NCBI GenBank assembly: GCA_016218585.1
Contig: JACRDK010000010.1
Span: forward strand, 4,974 to 68,973
DNA from: Candidatus Doudnabacteria bacterium
Lineage (GTDB): Bacteria; Patescibacteriota; Doudnabacteria; UBA920
Length of the DNA: 64,000 bases
Direction: 5' to 3'
Numbering within the stretch: the stretch's first letter is position 1; each line of letters opens with the position of its first letter. The translations under genes were made by a program, and so were the position numbers. The notes under the pieces were generated by a model. That model was not told the DNA's origin and ran no database searches. It was given only the letters and a program-made list of their open reading frames with translations. This document shows positions 19,148 through 28,646 of this stretch, piece by piece.

Positions 19148-19504
19148 TTACTTATCTTGGTTATCCAGTTTAACCGCGGCTTCCGGCGTGGACACTGTTT
19201 TGCCCATAACAAAAGCGCGAGCTATGGCCACGGCAATTAGCCAGTAGACCAGCATGGCCAGAATGGTTGTCCATTCAAACACGCTGCCTTCAATTTTGGA
19301 AATTTTGAATACGCTTAAAAATGGCGAGACAAAGGGCTGGGTAATGCCGTAAATTAAGTCGGTAAATCCGGCGTTAGGGTTGGCGCCAAGCAGCTTGAGA
19401 ATAAACCGAAAGGCCAAGATTGCCTCTAAGAAAGCTAAAATATACCAGACAATTTGCGTTCCCCGGTACAAAGGTTTGGTGCTGGGAGAGTTATATGAAT
19501 CCAT
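19148..19504 (-). CDS. YggT-like small membrane protein
   Basis: Likely start at MDSY (19504); WYILAFLEAILAFRFILKLLGANP resembles YggT/Ycf19 family. Confidence 0.45.
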   Translation of the reverse strand: MDSYNSPSTKPLYRGTQIVWYILAFLEAILAFRFILKLLGANPNAGFTDLIYGITQPFVSPFLSVFKISKIEGSVFEWTTILAMLVYWLIAVAIARAFVMGKTVSTPEAAVKLDNQDK

Positions 19505-19565
19505 AAATATTTTTCCTTTAATTAAGACCTTTATAATTTTTAGCCTGATTTTTAAGGGCATAAAA

Positions 19566-20243
19566 TTATTTTATCCTGCCAAAGACAATTAGGTTGTCGC
19601 TGTATCGTGCGGCTTTTTTGTTATAACTGCCGCTGCAGGTAATTAATCTTATCGCCGGGTAAGGCAACTGGCCATAGACTTCCGCGGTGGGAAAATTATC
19701 TTGAGAAAATTTTTCCACGCGCTCCACTGTATATACAACCACCGAGCCGTTGCTTCGTTCAATGCTTATTTCCGAACCCAAAGTTATTTTGTGTAAATCA
19801 GCAAACACGGCCGGCCCTTTGGCGGAATCTAAGTGCCCGACTATAACAGCAGTGCCAACTTCTCCGGGCTTGGCCCCATAAATAAACCAGCCTACCGCCA
19901 TGCTTTCAACCGGCACTTCAATGCCATGCTTTGCACCTAAGGCCAGCTGTTCAAATCCCGCATCAATGTTTAAGCTGGGAATATTTAGCCTTTCCGGATT
20001 CGGAATATTATATGGCTGAATTGTTGGGGCAGTGGAGCGTGGCAATACTGGCGCGGCTGCTTGGGGTTGTTTGCTGTTCGAAGATTTAATTGCGCCATTG
20101 GCAATTAAGGTGGAGCCAAACAGAGCCAGGCCAATAATTAACAGTTTTAGTATTGGCCTGGATTTTTTGTCGGTTTTTTCCTGCTCCAGAGCAGGGTTTA
20201 AAACAGGTTTAACAGTTTTGTTTTTATCATTAGTTTTTAACAT
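19566..20243 (-). CDS. Sortase-family transpeptidase
   Basis: N-terminal TM; VIVGHLD (His), RLITCSG (TLxTC Cys), R in C-terminal strand. Confidence 0.8.
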   Translation of the reverse strand: MLKTNDKNKTVKPVLNPALEQEKTDKKSRPILKLLIIGLALFGSTLIANGAIKSSNSKQPQAAAPVLPRSTAPTIQPYNIPNPERLNIPSLNIDAGFEQLALGAKHGIEVPVESMAVGWFIYGAKPGEVGTAVIVGHLDSAKGPAVFADLHKITLGSEISIERSNGSVVVYTVERVEKFSQDNFPTAEVYGQLPYPAIRLITCSGSYNKKAARYSDNLIVFGRIK

Positions 20244-21315
20244 ATGAGTTTTTACCCCTCACCGCAAACCAAGCAAGCATTCCCGCGGCCAATAAAGTTG
20301 TCAGGCCAAACAGGATGTTAGAGTTGCTGTTTGAGGGACCGGAACCGGCATTTACGCCGCCGACCGGAGTAGTGTTAACAGGATTGGTTACCGCAGTAGC
20401 CGCTCCAAGCATAACTACGTTAGAAAAAGTTGAGCCATTCGGGCAGGTAACAATTAAGGTGATTGGGTCGTTGCCCATAGAACCAGGTAAGAAGACTGTG
20501 GAACTAAAAGCGCCGTTGCTGTTGGTTTGGTTGTTGGAAGAAGTAAGCATAGTTGGGCCGCCGCTGCGCATATAACTGAAATTGACCGCGCCATTGGCGT
20601 TGCTGCTGACATTATTACAAACGCCGGAAATATAGGAATTGGCGTTGAGTAGGGGGTTGGCGCTAAATTCAAAAGAGTTAACAGCCACCGGGTCCAGGTT
20701 AACGCTGGAAGAAAAAGTATTGCCATTGGAACAGACGGCGTTAAAAGTCGCAGGTCCTGTGCTTATGCCGTTCGGAACAATTACACTGGCGGTAAAGTTG
20801 CCGGTGGAATTTAAATTCACATTGTTTAAAGAATAGTTGCTGCCGGCTTTGTTTAAATTAATTTGCACGCTGCCGCCGCCGTTGGAGTTGCCGCAAGCGC
20901 CGGACAGGTTATAGAGGCCGCCAACGGAAGGCGGGGAGCTTGGCAAATTAAATGACGAACTTACCGGAGAGGCAAAGGTTAAGACCGGTGAATTAATAAC
21001 ATCGCCGCTGCGGGAGCAGCTTGCTATTATAGTAGCTTGTCCGGCGTTGTAGGAACTCGGCAGGCTAATACTGCCGGAGAAGGCGCCGCTGGAATCGGTG
21101 GAAAGATTATTGCTAAGCTGAGTGTTGTTGCCGTTTTGCGACAGCGCAAAACTCACATTGCTGTTTGCTCCCAAACTGCCGCAGGTGCTGGTAACAGTCA
21201 CGGTGCTGCCCTGGCTGGGAAAATAGTTGCTAACGGTGAAGGTATTGTTTAATGTTGCCGCGGAAGCAAAAAAAGGCAGGAGAGCCACAGCGGACAATAG
21301 AAGAATTTTTTTCAT
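20230..21315 (-). CDS. Cell-surface protein with three Cys-pair repeats (about 90 aa each) and C-terminal TM + basic tail; putative sortase substrate
   Basis: Signal peptide; Ser/Asn-rich; repeats each with two Cys; C-terminal ...NILFGLTTLLAAGMLAWFAVRGKN (no canonical LPXTG); 14-nt overlap with sortase gene. Confidence 0.65.
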   Translation of the reverse strand: MKKILLLSAVALLPFFASAATLNNTFTVSNYFPSQGSTVTVTSTCGSLGANSNVSFALSQNGNNTQLSNNLSTDSSGAFSGSISLPSSYNAGQATIIASCSRSGDVINSPVLTFASPVSSSFNLPSSPPSVGGLYNLSGACGNSNGGGSVQINLNKAGSNYSLNNVNLNSTGNFTASVIVPNGISTGPATFNAVCSNGNTFSSSVNLDPVAVNSFEFSANPLLNANSYISGVCNNVSSNANGAVNFSYMRSGGPTMLTSSNNQTNSNGAFSSTVFLPGSMGNDPITLIVTCPNGSTFSNVVMLGAATAVTNPVNTTPVGGVNAGSGPSNSNSNILFGLTTLLAAGMLAWFAVRGKNSYVKN

Positions 21316-21499
21316 AAAATTCCTTTCTTTAAATTAGGATAAAACTGTATTTTTAGAGTTGCGGTTTGGCCGCTTTGAGTTAAGATTTCCGTTAATTTTT
21401 CTATTCGTCTTCAAGCCCATAAAAGAGTTGTCTGTTTTCGGCCGGCGCTATTGCTTGCAAGTGAGGGTTCTAACACCTGGGAGTTGGCGCTAAACAGAG

Positions 21500-21745
21500 T
21501 TAATCCGGGCTGGATAAATGTTGATAATTGTTATTGGTAATGTATTCCTCGCCCAATGCAATAATCAGTTCGGCTGTCCTTAAGGCCTCTTTGTACCATT
21601 TTTCCATTACTAAATCGTCGTAAAAGGGAATTGCTTTAACTTTTGCTTTGTGAATGCCGTCGTCTTCCGCCGGGCCTTCCCGCGCCGCGGAGATTCTAAT
21701 TTTCAGCAGTTCTTTGGCCAGAACCACCACATCTTCCTTTTTCAT
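21500..21745 (-). CDS. Hypothetical small protein coupled to ArsR-family regulator
   Basis: Start ATG directly follows the regulator's TAA (TAAATG). Confidence 0.4.
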   Translation of the reverse strand: MKKEDVVVLAKELLKIRISAAREGPAEDDGIHKAKVKAIPFYDDLVMEKWYKEALRTAELIIALGEEYITNNNYQHLSSPD

Positions 21746-22051
21746 TTAAACAATGTCATCTATTATAGACTGAGCTATGGCATTGTCGGCCCGCAGTTTA
21801 TAAAACACTTTTTGCCCCTGTTTGTCTTTTTCCAAAATCCCGCCTTGCTCTAAAATTTTTAAATGTTGGGAAGTGAGCGGAATGGAAACTTTAAGAATTT
21901 TGGCAATATCGCTTACGGCCAGTCTGTTGCTTTTGCCCAGCATTTCAAAAATCCGGTAGCGGTTTGTATCGCCAAGAATTTTAAAAATTAACCGTTGATT
22001 ATTGCCGTTGAAATTTTTTCTTATTTTGAGAATTTGTTTATTGGTAAGCAT
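21746..22051 (-). CDS. ArsR/SmtB-family transcriptional regulator
   Basis: RIFEMLGKSNRLAVSDIAKILKVSIPLTSQHLKILEQGGIL winged HTH. Confidence 0.8.
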   Translation of the reverse strand: MLTNKQILKIRKNFNGNNQRLIFKILGDTNRYRIFEMLGKSNRLAVSDIAKILKVSIPLTSQHLKILEQGGILEKDKQGQKVFYKLRADNAIAQSIIDDIV

Positions 22052-22674
22052 AACCGCTCCTTATATTTAATCAACCATTGGTCTTACGCTTTTTACCTTA
22101 AAATTTTGTTAAAAAATAAAAGGCGTAAGGTCAATAGCCAATTAAATACTTAATTAATAATTTAAGTATTTAGCTATCTATTTTAAGCCTACTCTCTATT
22201 ACCATTGGTGTATATAGCAAGCGCGCAAGTTATGCACTTGTTGTGAACTTTTGCGCGCTTTTTTACCCATTAATTTCATTTAAGTAGTTAATTAAACGTT
22301 TAACTGCACCACTAAATATTTCTTAAGGCTTAGTGCAGGCGGTTATGTTGTAATACGCGCATTTTGCTATATACAGGACAGGTAATAGAGCCTATGCTTA
22401 ATGAGCCAAGGAGAAAAACTTTTACATGAACATTAAAAACTGGATGCGTCTTCTAAAAACATTTCTGTTTCAATTGAGTAACTACAGGCGGCTAGCCTAT
22501 GTCAAAATAACTTAAGCTCAACATTGGAAAATAAATGGCAGCAAGACGCGTGTGTAGAAAGAGCAGGCAAAAAAATGGAGGGCGCTGCCTGCTCTGGAAA
22601 CTTTGGCCCAAGCTAACTTATAACTTAAGCCTGGCTTAAAAAAAGAAAAGCACGGGCAATAGAAAGGCAGAATT

Positions 22675-22779
22675 ATGTCAGACGACACAAAACCAGCAAC
22701 ACCTACGCCAACAACAACAGCTTCTGTAGAAACAAAACCAGAAGGCACTAAGCCAACAACTCCTCCTACAACTAAGTAG
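22675..22779 (+). CDS. 34-aa Pro/Thr-rich micro-protein (MSDDTKPATPTPTTTASVETKPEGTKPTTPPTTK), paralog of 18192-18299
   Basis: Same MSD.. start, ETKP motif and P/T composition; own GC hairpin terminator 22788-22822. Confidence 0.35.
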   Translation: MSDDTKPATPTPTTTASVETKPEGTKPTTPPTTK

Positions 22780-22787
22780 TGAAGAGC

Positions 22788-22822
22788 AAAAAGCCCCCGC
22801 AAGTTGCGGGGGCTTTTTGTAA
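22788..22822 (+). terminator. Intrinsic terminator of micro-ORF
   Basis: gcccccgcaagttgcgggggc hairpin plus TTTTT. Confidence 0.75.
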
Positions 22823-22886
22823 TTAATGCAACCTTTTTAAAAGTTTGTGGTTATACTATTATATAGAGAATAATAGTTTTCAGTTT

Positions 22887-23522
22887 ATGGATTTAGCCCA
22901 AGAACGGGAATTGGTGGAAAAATCAAGAAAAGATCCGGAAAGCTTTGGCAGGCTTTTTGATATTTACTATGGCAAAATTTTTGCCTATATTTTTAAGCGC
23001 ACCGGGCACACGCAGGCCAGCCAGGATATAACCTCGGAAGTATTTTTAAAAGCCTATAACAAACTATGGCAATTTCGCTGGATGAATTTAAGTTTTGGCT
23101 CGTGGCTTTATAAAATTGCGGGCAATGAAGTGAATAACTATTTTAAAAAAGGAAAAACAGCTCCCATTCCGGCGGAGTTTATAGAGGAACTGGAACACCT
23201 GGGAGTTTGCGCTCCCAGCGCGGAGCTGGAATTTTTAGGGCTAGAACAGCAGCAGGCATCCTTACAGGATTTGCATTTATTGCACCGGGAAATTTTAAAC
23301 CTGCCGCCAAAATACCAGGAAGTTATGGCTTTGCGCTATTTTGAAGATTATAGCTTAAAAGAAATTTGCAAAATTTTGGGGAAAAAAGAAGGAACCGTAA
23401 AATCCCTGCTGTCGCGCGGGGTGGATATGCTGGAAAAGAAATTGCAACCTAATTCTACGAATGAAGTTATATCTACGAAGACGATAATTAAAAGTACCAG
23501 CTATGAACAAACAGGAAATTGA
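22887..23522 (+). CDS. RNA polymerase ECF-type sigma-70 factor
   Basis: Region 2 (FGRLFDIYYGKIFAYIFKRTGHTQASQDITSEVFLKAY) and region 4 HTH (YQEVMALRYFEDYSLKEICKILGKKEGTVKSLLSRG); likely start at MDLAQ. Confidence 0.85.
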   Translation: MDLAQERELVEKSRKDPESFGRLFDIYYGKIFAYIFKRTGHTQASQDITSEVFLKAYNKLWQFRWMNLSFGSWLYKIAGNEVNNYFKKGKTAPIPAEFIEELEHLGVCAPSAELEFLGLEQQQASLQDLHLLHREILNLPPKYQEVMALRYFEDYSLKEICKILGKKEGTVKSLLSRGVDMLEKKLQPNSTNEVISTKTIIKSTSYEQTGN

Positions 23523-24369
23523 AAAAAGCTTAGGGGTTATGTCCCAGTGGCAACCCTTAGTCCCAACCGGACATAAACACCAGCTCAAACTGGCGCTGCT
23601 TCAATACGGATTAAAAAACCGTCCTGGCGTTTGGGCTTGGTTAAAGAAAGCGGGAAAACATATGCAACAGAATTTTAAAATAGCTTCATTTGTCGCCGGA
23701 ACTATGGTCGGCGTGTTAATGTTTAGCGGCGTGCAATACGCCAACAATTCGCCGGAGCTGGCAAAGTATAACCCGTTTGCCACGCCAACGGCGCAGGCCA
23801 AAGCCGAAGTGCGCAATGTAATGCACCGGGTGAGCTTGTTGTCGGAAGACCAGCGCGTGGAATTGGAAAAGAAATTTAAGTTAGATATGACTCAGTCTTT
23901 AAAGGAAGCTTATGAAGCAAAAGATTTGGTAATTTCCGACGCCTCCCAGTTTCAGCCGGTTGAAGGTATGCCAAATACCATTGCTTTAACGCAAAGTTCT
24001 AATGCCGGGTTTGTTACTACTTCTTCCGGAAATGCTTCCACAGCGCCTCTTAGCGTTAGCGGAGCAATGGGTTTTGCGGTTTCCAATGTGGGAACAGGGG
24101 AAGGGGCAGAAAATTCTTCCGTATCTTTGAATGCCGGAACTGTGACCGCGGTTGGCGGGATGAAGAAATTGTCTAAGCGCCTTACCTATACAGACCCTCA
24201 AGGAAATAAAACCGTACTGATGCTGGACGAAGACGGATTGCCGGTAATGAAAATGACAATGCTTTCCGATGAAGAATCTTTAAAACTGAAACAGCAAGCG
24301 GACAGGGGAGAAGTGCTAACCCTCCCGGCCACTGGAGCAACCTTTCATACGGAAGTTGAAGAAAAGTAA
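23503..24369 (+). CDS. Putative anti-sigma factor (cytoplasmic N-terminus, single TM, extracytoplasmic domain)
   Basis: Overlaps the sigma gene by 20 nt; topology typical of ECF anti-sigma factors. Confidence 0.5.
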   Translation: MNKQEIEKSLGVMSQWQPLVPTGHKHQLKLALLQYGLKNRPGVWAWLKKAGKHMQQNFKIASFVAGTMVGVLMFSGVQYANNSPELAKYNPFATPTAQAKAEVRNVMHRVSLLSEDQRVELEKKFKLDMTQSLKEAYEAKDLVISDASQFQPVEGMPNTIALTQSSNAGFVTTSSGNASTAPLSVSGAMGFAVSNVGTGEGAENSSVSLNAGTVTAVGGMKKLSKRLTYTDPQGNKTVLMLDEDGLPVMKMTMLSDEESLKLKQQADRGEVLTLPATGATFHTEVEEK

Positions 24370-24428
24370 AAAAGATAAAGTATAACTAAAAAAAACAGCA
24401 CAGGTCTAGAGCCTGTGCTGTTTTTTTG
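24334..24428. repeat. Direct repeat copy 1 (3' end of anti-sigma gene + bidirectional terminator)
   Basis: About 90% identical to 25263-25358. Confidence 0.85.
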
Positions 24429-24488
24429 ACTTGTAAATTAACCTTTAAATGTAGTATTATTAGCCCAGCCTGCGAAGGAGGCAGAATA

Positions 24489-25193
24489 GTGGAACGTTAC
24501 AAAATAAATACCGTATCGCGAGAAACCGAGCTGCAAATAGCTCAATGGGCAAAAGCGGGTTATGAACACCCGCTCACCGAGCAGTACAAGCATGGTCCGC
24601 ATTTAAATAAACTCCACAATGGCCGGTACTCGGCGAACATTGTCGGGTTTATACTCGTAGGGAAGTTCGGCGAGCCTGGCACGGCCCACGAGCGGCTTCG
24701 GAAAGTTCAGGGCCGGTATTGGGAACTGCTTGGGCTAACCGAAGACCAGTGTGCGCCCCTCGAAGATCTCGCTGCATTTCAAGACTGCAACGACATCGGC
24801 ACTGAAACCATCATCCACGATCTTTTCAACGTGTTACATCTGGAGGCGCACGTTTGCGGGGAAAACGAGTGGAGCCTCACCGGCGATTTCTTGGCTTCGG
24901 GGGCTGTTGTCATTCTGCCCGTTTCTGAACAGGCCAAAGAATGGCTCAAACTCGCTCTGGAACCTCGCAACTTCGAATTGCGGAACGTGCGCGTCAACAA
25001 TCTGTTAACAGGCATGGATGACTGCGTCGAAATGCGCGTATGCACCAACGGCGCCGGGGACTTGGCGGTCTTCGTCGACTATCAAGGTGTCAAACAGGAC
25101 GCCCTCGACCTGCGCCTCTGGTGGCTGACGAGGATGCTCAACCATTTCATGTCCAAGCGCATTGCCGCAATCAAACGTCGCGATGTGGCGTAA
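24489..25193 (+). CDS. Hypothetical protein, GC-rich single-gene insertion
   Basis: GTG start 7 nt after AAGGAGG; markedly higher GC than flanks; no recognisable family; bracketed by about 95-bp direct repeats. Confidence 0.5.
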   Translation: MERYKINTVSRETELQIAQWAKAGYEHPLTEQYKHGPHLNKLHNGRYSANIVGFILVGKFGEPGTAHERLRKVQGRYWELLGLTEDQCAPLEDLAAFQDCNDIGTETIIHDLFNVLHLEAHVCGENEWSLTGDFLASGAVVILPVSEQAKEWLKLALEPRNFELRNVRVNNLLTGMDDCVEMRVCTNGAGDLAVFVDYQGVKQDALDLRLWWLTRMLNHFMSKRIAAIKRRDVA

Positions 25194-25262
25194 CTTCCAA
25201 CATCAACCAAAAAAGCGGCCTGCGCGAAGTCTAAACTTCCGCCGGCCGCTTTGTCTATTACC

Positions 25263-25358
25263 GGAGCAATTTTTCATACAGAAGTTGAAGAAAAATAAAA
25301 AAAGATAAAGTATAACTAAATAAAAAAACAGCGCAGGTCTAGAACCTGTGCTGTTTTT
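25263..25358. repeat. Direct repeat copy 2 (pseudo 3' end of anti-sigma gene + terminator)
   Basis: ggagcaa(tt)tttcatac(a)gaagttgaagaaaa(a)taaaaaagataaagtataactaaa...acagcGcaggtctagaAcctgtgctgtttttt. Confidence 0.85.
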
Positions 25359-26070
25359 TATACTTTGGTAATACTAACTCGCCGTTATACCCATAGGAGT
25401 GCAGTATTGCTTGCCATGCCATTTGAAGTAGTTCTTGAACAGGCACATCGGACTTAATATGCAAAGGATCTTCTTTTGATCCCAATCCCTCTAACCAGCC
25501 CCACTCTAGACCTCTTGTTTCTATTCCTGCATCGTGGATAAAGCCAGACCTGACGCGAATCCATAAATGATCTATGACATCCGAAAATTTTAAAATACTT
25601 TTATTATACTTGAATAGTTCCTCGACTTTGTATCTTTTTGCAATGTCAACCTTTGTTGATTCTGGCAGATTTTCTTCAAGAAATTGAGTTATTTTCTTTT
25701 GTTTCTTATTCCAGAAACCAGCCTTTCCTTTTGCGGTAATTTCCAGCATACCGAACATTATAACAATCATAAATTGAGACCACGTAATTTCCGAATAAAA
25801 TTTATAAAGACCATTTTCTGATTCTGTATTTAAAAGAGTCTTAAGTGGCAGAGCATGTATCTCAAAATAGTTTATTGCATTTACTAGCAACTTCTTTTTA
25901 TCGTCAGCTAACTTTTACAGAGTAGGAAGAAATTCTTCTGATAGTTCGTACCCAATTTGTATGTACTTTTGCTGTTCTTGCCCCCAAGAGTGAACGCGTC
26001 CAAAATATCCTGATTCTGGGCTTAGTACTTCAATTAACTTTCGGTTGATTTTTTCGTTTTGTTCACTCAT
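25339..26070 (-). pseudogene. 243-codon ORF interrupted by one in-frame TAA (25915-25917); hypothetical protein, AT-rich
   Basis: The 51-aa N-terminal ORF (ATG 26070) and the 183-aa ORF (25890-25339) are in the same frame, separated only by TAA; ATG overlaps the upstream gene's TGA as ATGA. Confidence 0.5.
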
Positions 26071-26831
26071 AGAGCTAGATTATTCTGAGTTTTTATCTGG
26101 TGATATTCTTCAATGTTTTTACAAAGCTTGATTCCTAGATCTGTTAAACGATCAGCAGAACGTATTCCGCTCCTGTCACTATAAGTTCTATCGCTGATGA
26201 GCTTTTGGTCGATTAACATAACTTCATCATTTTCAACTAATCCTGCTGAGTTATGACCCGCTAGTCTCGCTATCGTACTTAGCCATCCACTAGCTTCTCC
26301 TGTCATAGCAAGAGTAGAATCTTCCTTCTTATAAACTTTATAAGCCGCCCTTAATGTCAAAAGTTGTGAAGATGTTAATTTTTTTGTTATTTGGAATACC
26401 TGATAATTAAGTATTTCTTCCCCGTCTTTTTCTTTGATAACTGCAAAAAACATCGCTTTTATTGCATCAAATCTGTCTTCATCAGGAGCTTCATTATCTA
26501 TAAAATTTAGCAACTCCGCAAAACTATCAACTGCATATTTTTTGTCCCCATAGTTCGGCTTAATTTTGCCTTTATCTAACAAGAATTGCAATTCTTGGCC
26601 TAGCTGCTGTTTCATCTTGCCAACCAAAGCACCTTGTAAAATTCTACCTCCTGCCAAAATTATTTCCTCTTTTCCCATAGCTAAACCCGCACTTATAATA
26701 GCAGCAATTTTTGTCTTCGGTTGATCCAAGAGTATTTCTAAATCTTTTGGATTACGGTAAGATAAAAGTTCCCCTTGAATCGCAGAGGGTTTAAATGAAT
26801 CCAACTTTTTTACTTTATTATCTTCGTTCAT
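26067..26831 (-). CDS. Hypothetical protein (AT-rich block)
   Basis: Complete ORF; translationally coupled to the downstream ORF (ATGA); no recognisable family. Confidence 0.55.
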   Translation of the reverse strand: MNEDNKVKKLDSFKPSAIQGELLSYRNPKDLEILLDQPKTKIAAIISAGLAMGKEEIILAGGRILQGALVGKMKQQLGQELQFLLDKGKIKPNYGDKKYAVDSFAELLNFIDNEAPDEDRFDAIKAMFFAVIKEKDGEEILNYQVFQITKKLTSSQLLTLRAAYKVYKKEDSTLAMTGEASGWLSTIARLAGHNSAGLVENDEVMLIDQKLISDRTYSDRSGIRSADRLTDLGIKLCKNIEEYHQIKTQNNLAL

Positions 26832-26896
26832 AATATTTTATGTGCAAATTTCATTAAATTTCAAAGTCGCAAGCTATGTAGCATATTTTTGTTAAT

Positions 26897-28024
26897 TTAT
26901 TTACCATAATTATTTAGGACAATTTTATATAGAGTTGATGTTGTCCTAGATTTTGTAAAAGTGCTTTCGTAGAGGGTTTCTCCATTATCAAGTATGTATG
27001 GGTTGTCTAAATAATATTCAGCAATAAAACCAAACATATTATGAGGAATTTCTCTATAACCTAATGCCTCAGCTAAACTTATTTTATCATTTACAATATA
27101 TGGGTTGCCATGATTCCATGAATTATCAAACAGCCAGTTTCCGTTATCGTATTGAAGGACCGTAATTGCCCATTTATGGTCACACCAATGGCATTCAAAA
27201 TCATCTTTTAAATTTATCTGAGGATGCCCTAAAATAAGACGATATGTATCATCCTCCCCTAATTTTGCCCATTTAATAAAGGTATCAGTATCGATAATAT
27301 TTATGGAGATTTTTTTGTCATTATTAATTAAATCTATGGGTTTGGTAAATTCTTCATCTGCAGGTTTTAAAACCAAACATGTCCTCGCGACGCATTCTTT
27401 ATTATATGATAAATTTGGGAGAAATACTTCTTTATAGTTTCCATTAATGTTGTCAATAACAAAATTTATAAGATTCGTTCCACTACCGCAAACATTCCCA
27501 AGCATAGTAAAAATTATTTGTTTTTTCCCCTCATTATTTAAGTCTAAAACCTGACTCTTGTATATCCATAAATCTGTATTATCATCTTTGAACTGCGGTC
27601 TAAATTCATATTTTTTATTATACGGAATAGAAAAGGCGGAAAATAGCAAATTTTGGTTTTTTCTTTCGTATATTTGAATTATTGGCGGTTTTAATGATGG
27701 TGATTTATTAGAACATTGAAGTTTAAAATTTTTATCATTTGCAATTACTAATAAAGAACCGTCTCCATAACCAGCTAAATCAACTTGTTGAATTTGGACA
27801 TCATAATCAGTACCGATTTTGTATTTAATAAATTGTGCAATCCTTTCATTGCTATAATTACTCGGTAATTTACCATAAATAAATACAGAAATAATTATTA
27901 TAAAAATATAGCTAAATAGTAGTTTTACGACATCCTTTCCTTGATCTTTTAAAATTGATAGAATAGATTTTTTTATACCTGGAAAGAAATCTTTAATTTT
28001 ATTAGTGTATTCTTTATATGACAT
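26897..28024 (-). CDS. Hypothetical N-terminally membrane-anchored protein (AT-rich block)
   Basis: TM helix near N-terminus (LLFSYIFIIIISVFIY); Cys/His cluster HWCDHKW; preceded by repeat A copy 1. Confidence 0.55.
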   Translation of the reverse strand: MSYKEYTNKIKDFFPGIKKSILSILKDQGKDVVKLLFSYIFIIIISVFIYGKLPSNYSNERIAQFIKYKIGTDYDVQIQQVDLAGYGDGSLLVIANDKNFKLQCSNKSPSLKPPIIQIYERKNQNLLFSAFSIPYNKKYEFRPQFKDDNTDLWIYKSQVLDLNNEGKKQIIFTMLGNVCGSGTNLINFVIDNINGNYKEVFLPNLSYNKECVARTCLVLKPADEEFTKPIDLINNDKKISINIIDTDTFIKWAKLGEDDTYRLILGHPQINLKDDFECHWCDHKWAITVLQYDNGNWLFDNSWNHGNPYIVNDKISLAEALGYREIPHNMFGFIAEYYLDNPYILDNGETLYESTFTKSRTTSTLYKIVLNNYGK

Positions 28025-28077
28025 AGCTTCGTTGTTGAAAAAAGCTCAGAATTATCCCGTCTCATTATAGACATTAT

Positions 28078-28135
28078 AAGTATGCTACTGTAATTTCCCT
28101 CTGTCAATTTGCTTAATTTGTCCGGGAAAGGGGAG
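28078..28135 (-). promoter_or_regulatory. Repeat A copy 1 (promoter-like: ...GGACAAATTAAGCAAATTGACAGAGGGAAATTACAGTAGCATACTTATAAT on minus strand)
   Basis: Contains TTGACA and TATAAT-like hexamers; located upstream of the 26897-28024 gene. Confidence 0.5.
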
Positions 28136-28139
28136 ATAA

Positions 28140-28169
28140 AAACAAAACACCGCTATAGGCGGTGCTAAG
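28140..28169 (-). terminator. Intrinsic terminator of 28170-28616 gene
   Basis: caccgc..gcggtg hairpin plus TTTTGTTTTT on minus strand. Confidence 0.6.
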
Positions 28170-28616
28170 TTAATTTTCGATGATTTGAATTTGGTTCTCG
28201 GAAAACAAGGGTTTGAGTCTGTTGTAGATTTCTAAATTTACCCCCAAAATTATAACATACAACTTGTTTTTTAAATTTATTTCAATACTTCTATAAGTTC
28301 CGTCGGGTCTGGAAAGAATGGTTCTTTTAATAACGACATTTTTAATGTCAGAATATTTGATTAATATAGGGGTTTGTGAAAATGGTGAAAAGTTTGTGTT
28401 TTTTAAAACAAAGCCATCTTTTTGTAATTTTATTGAATCTTTTGCGCCACCCCTGCCTATAGGGAAGAAATAAATTTTTGCGAAAATTGAACGTACGGGT
28501 ATTTCCTCGCCCTCTATTTTTTCCCAACCGGATACTAATTTATAATAATTGTAGTTTGTAATGCAAAAAAATGTCAAAATTCCTAAAGCAATAATTATAA
28601 ATAGATAATTAATCAT
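28170..28616 (-). CDS. Hypothetical membrane protein with bacterial PH-like C-terminal region
   Basis: Probable start at MINYLF (28616); the track's N-terminal extension is repeat A read as codons; two TM helices. Confidence 0.5.
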   Translation of the reverse strand: MINYLFIIIALGILTFFCITNYNYYKLVSGWEKIEGEEIPVRSIFAKIYFFPIGRGGAKDSIKLQKDGFVLKNTNFSPFSQTPILIKYSDIKNVVIKRTILSRPDGTYRSIEINLKNKLYVIILGVNLEIYNRLKPLFSENQIQIIEN

Positions 28617-28646
28617 TGAATTAAAATAGTTTAAATCACTTAAGTT

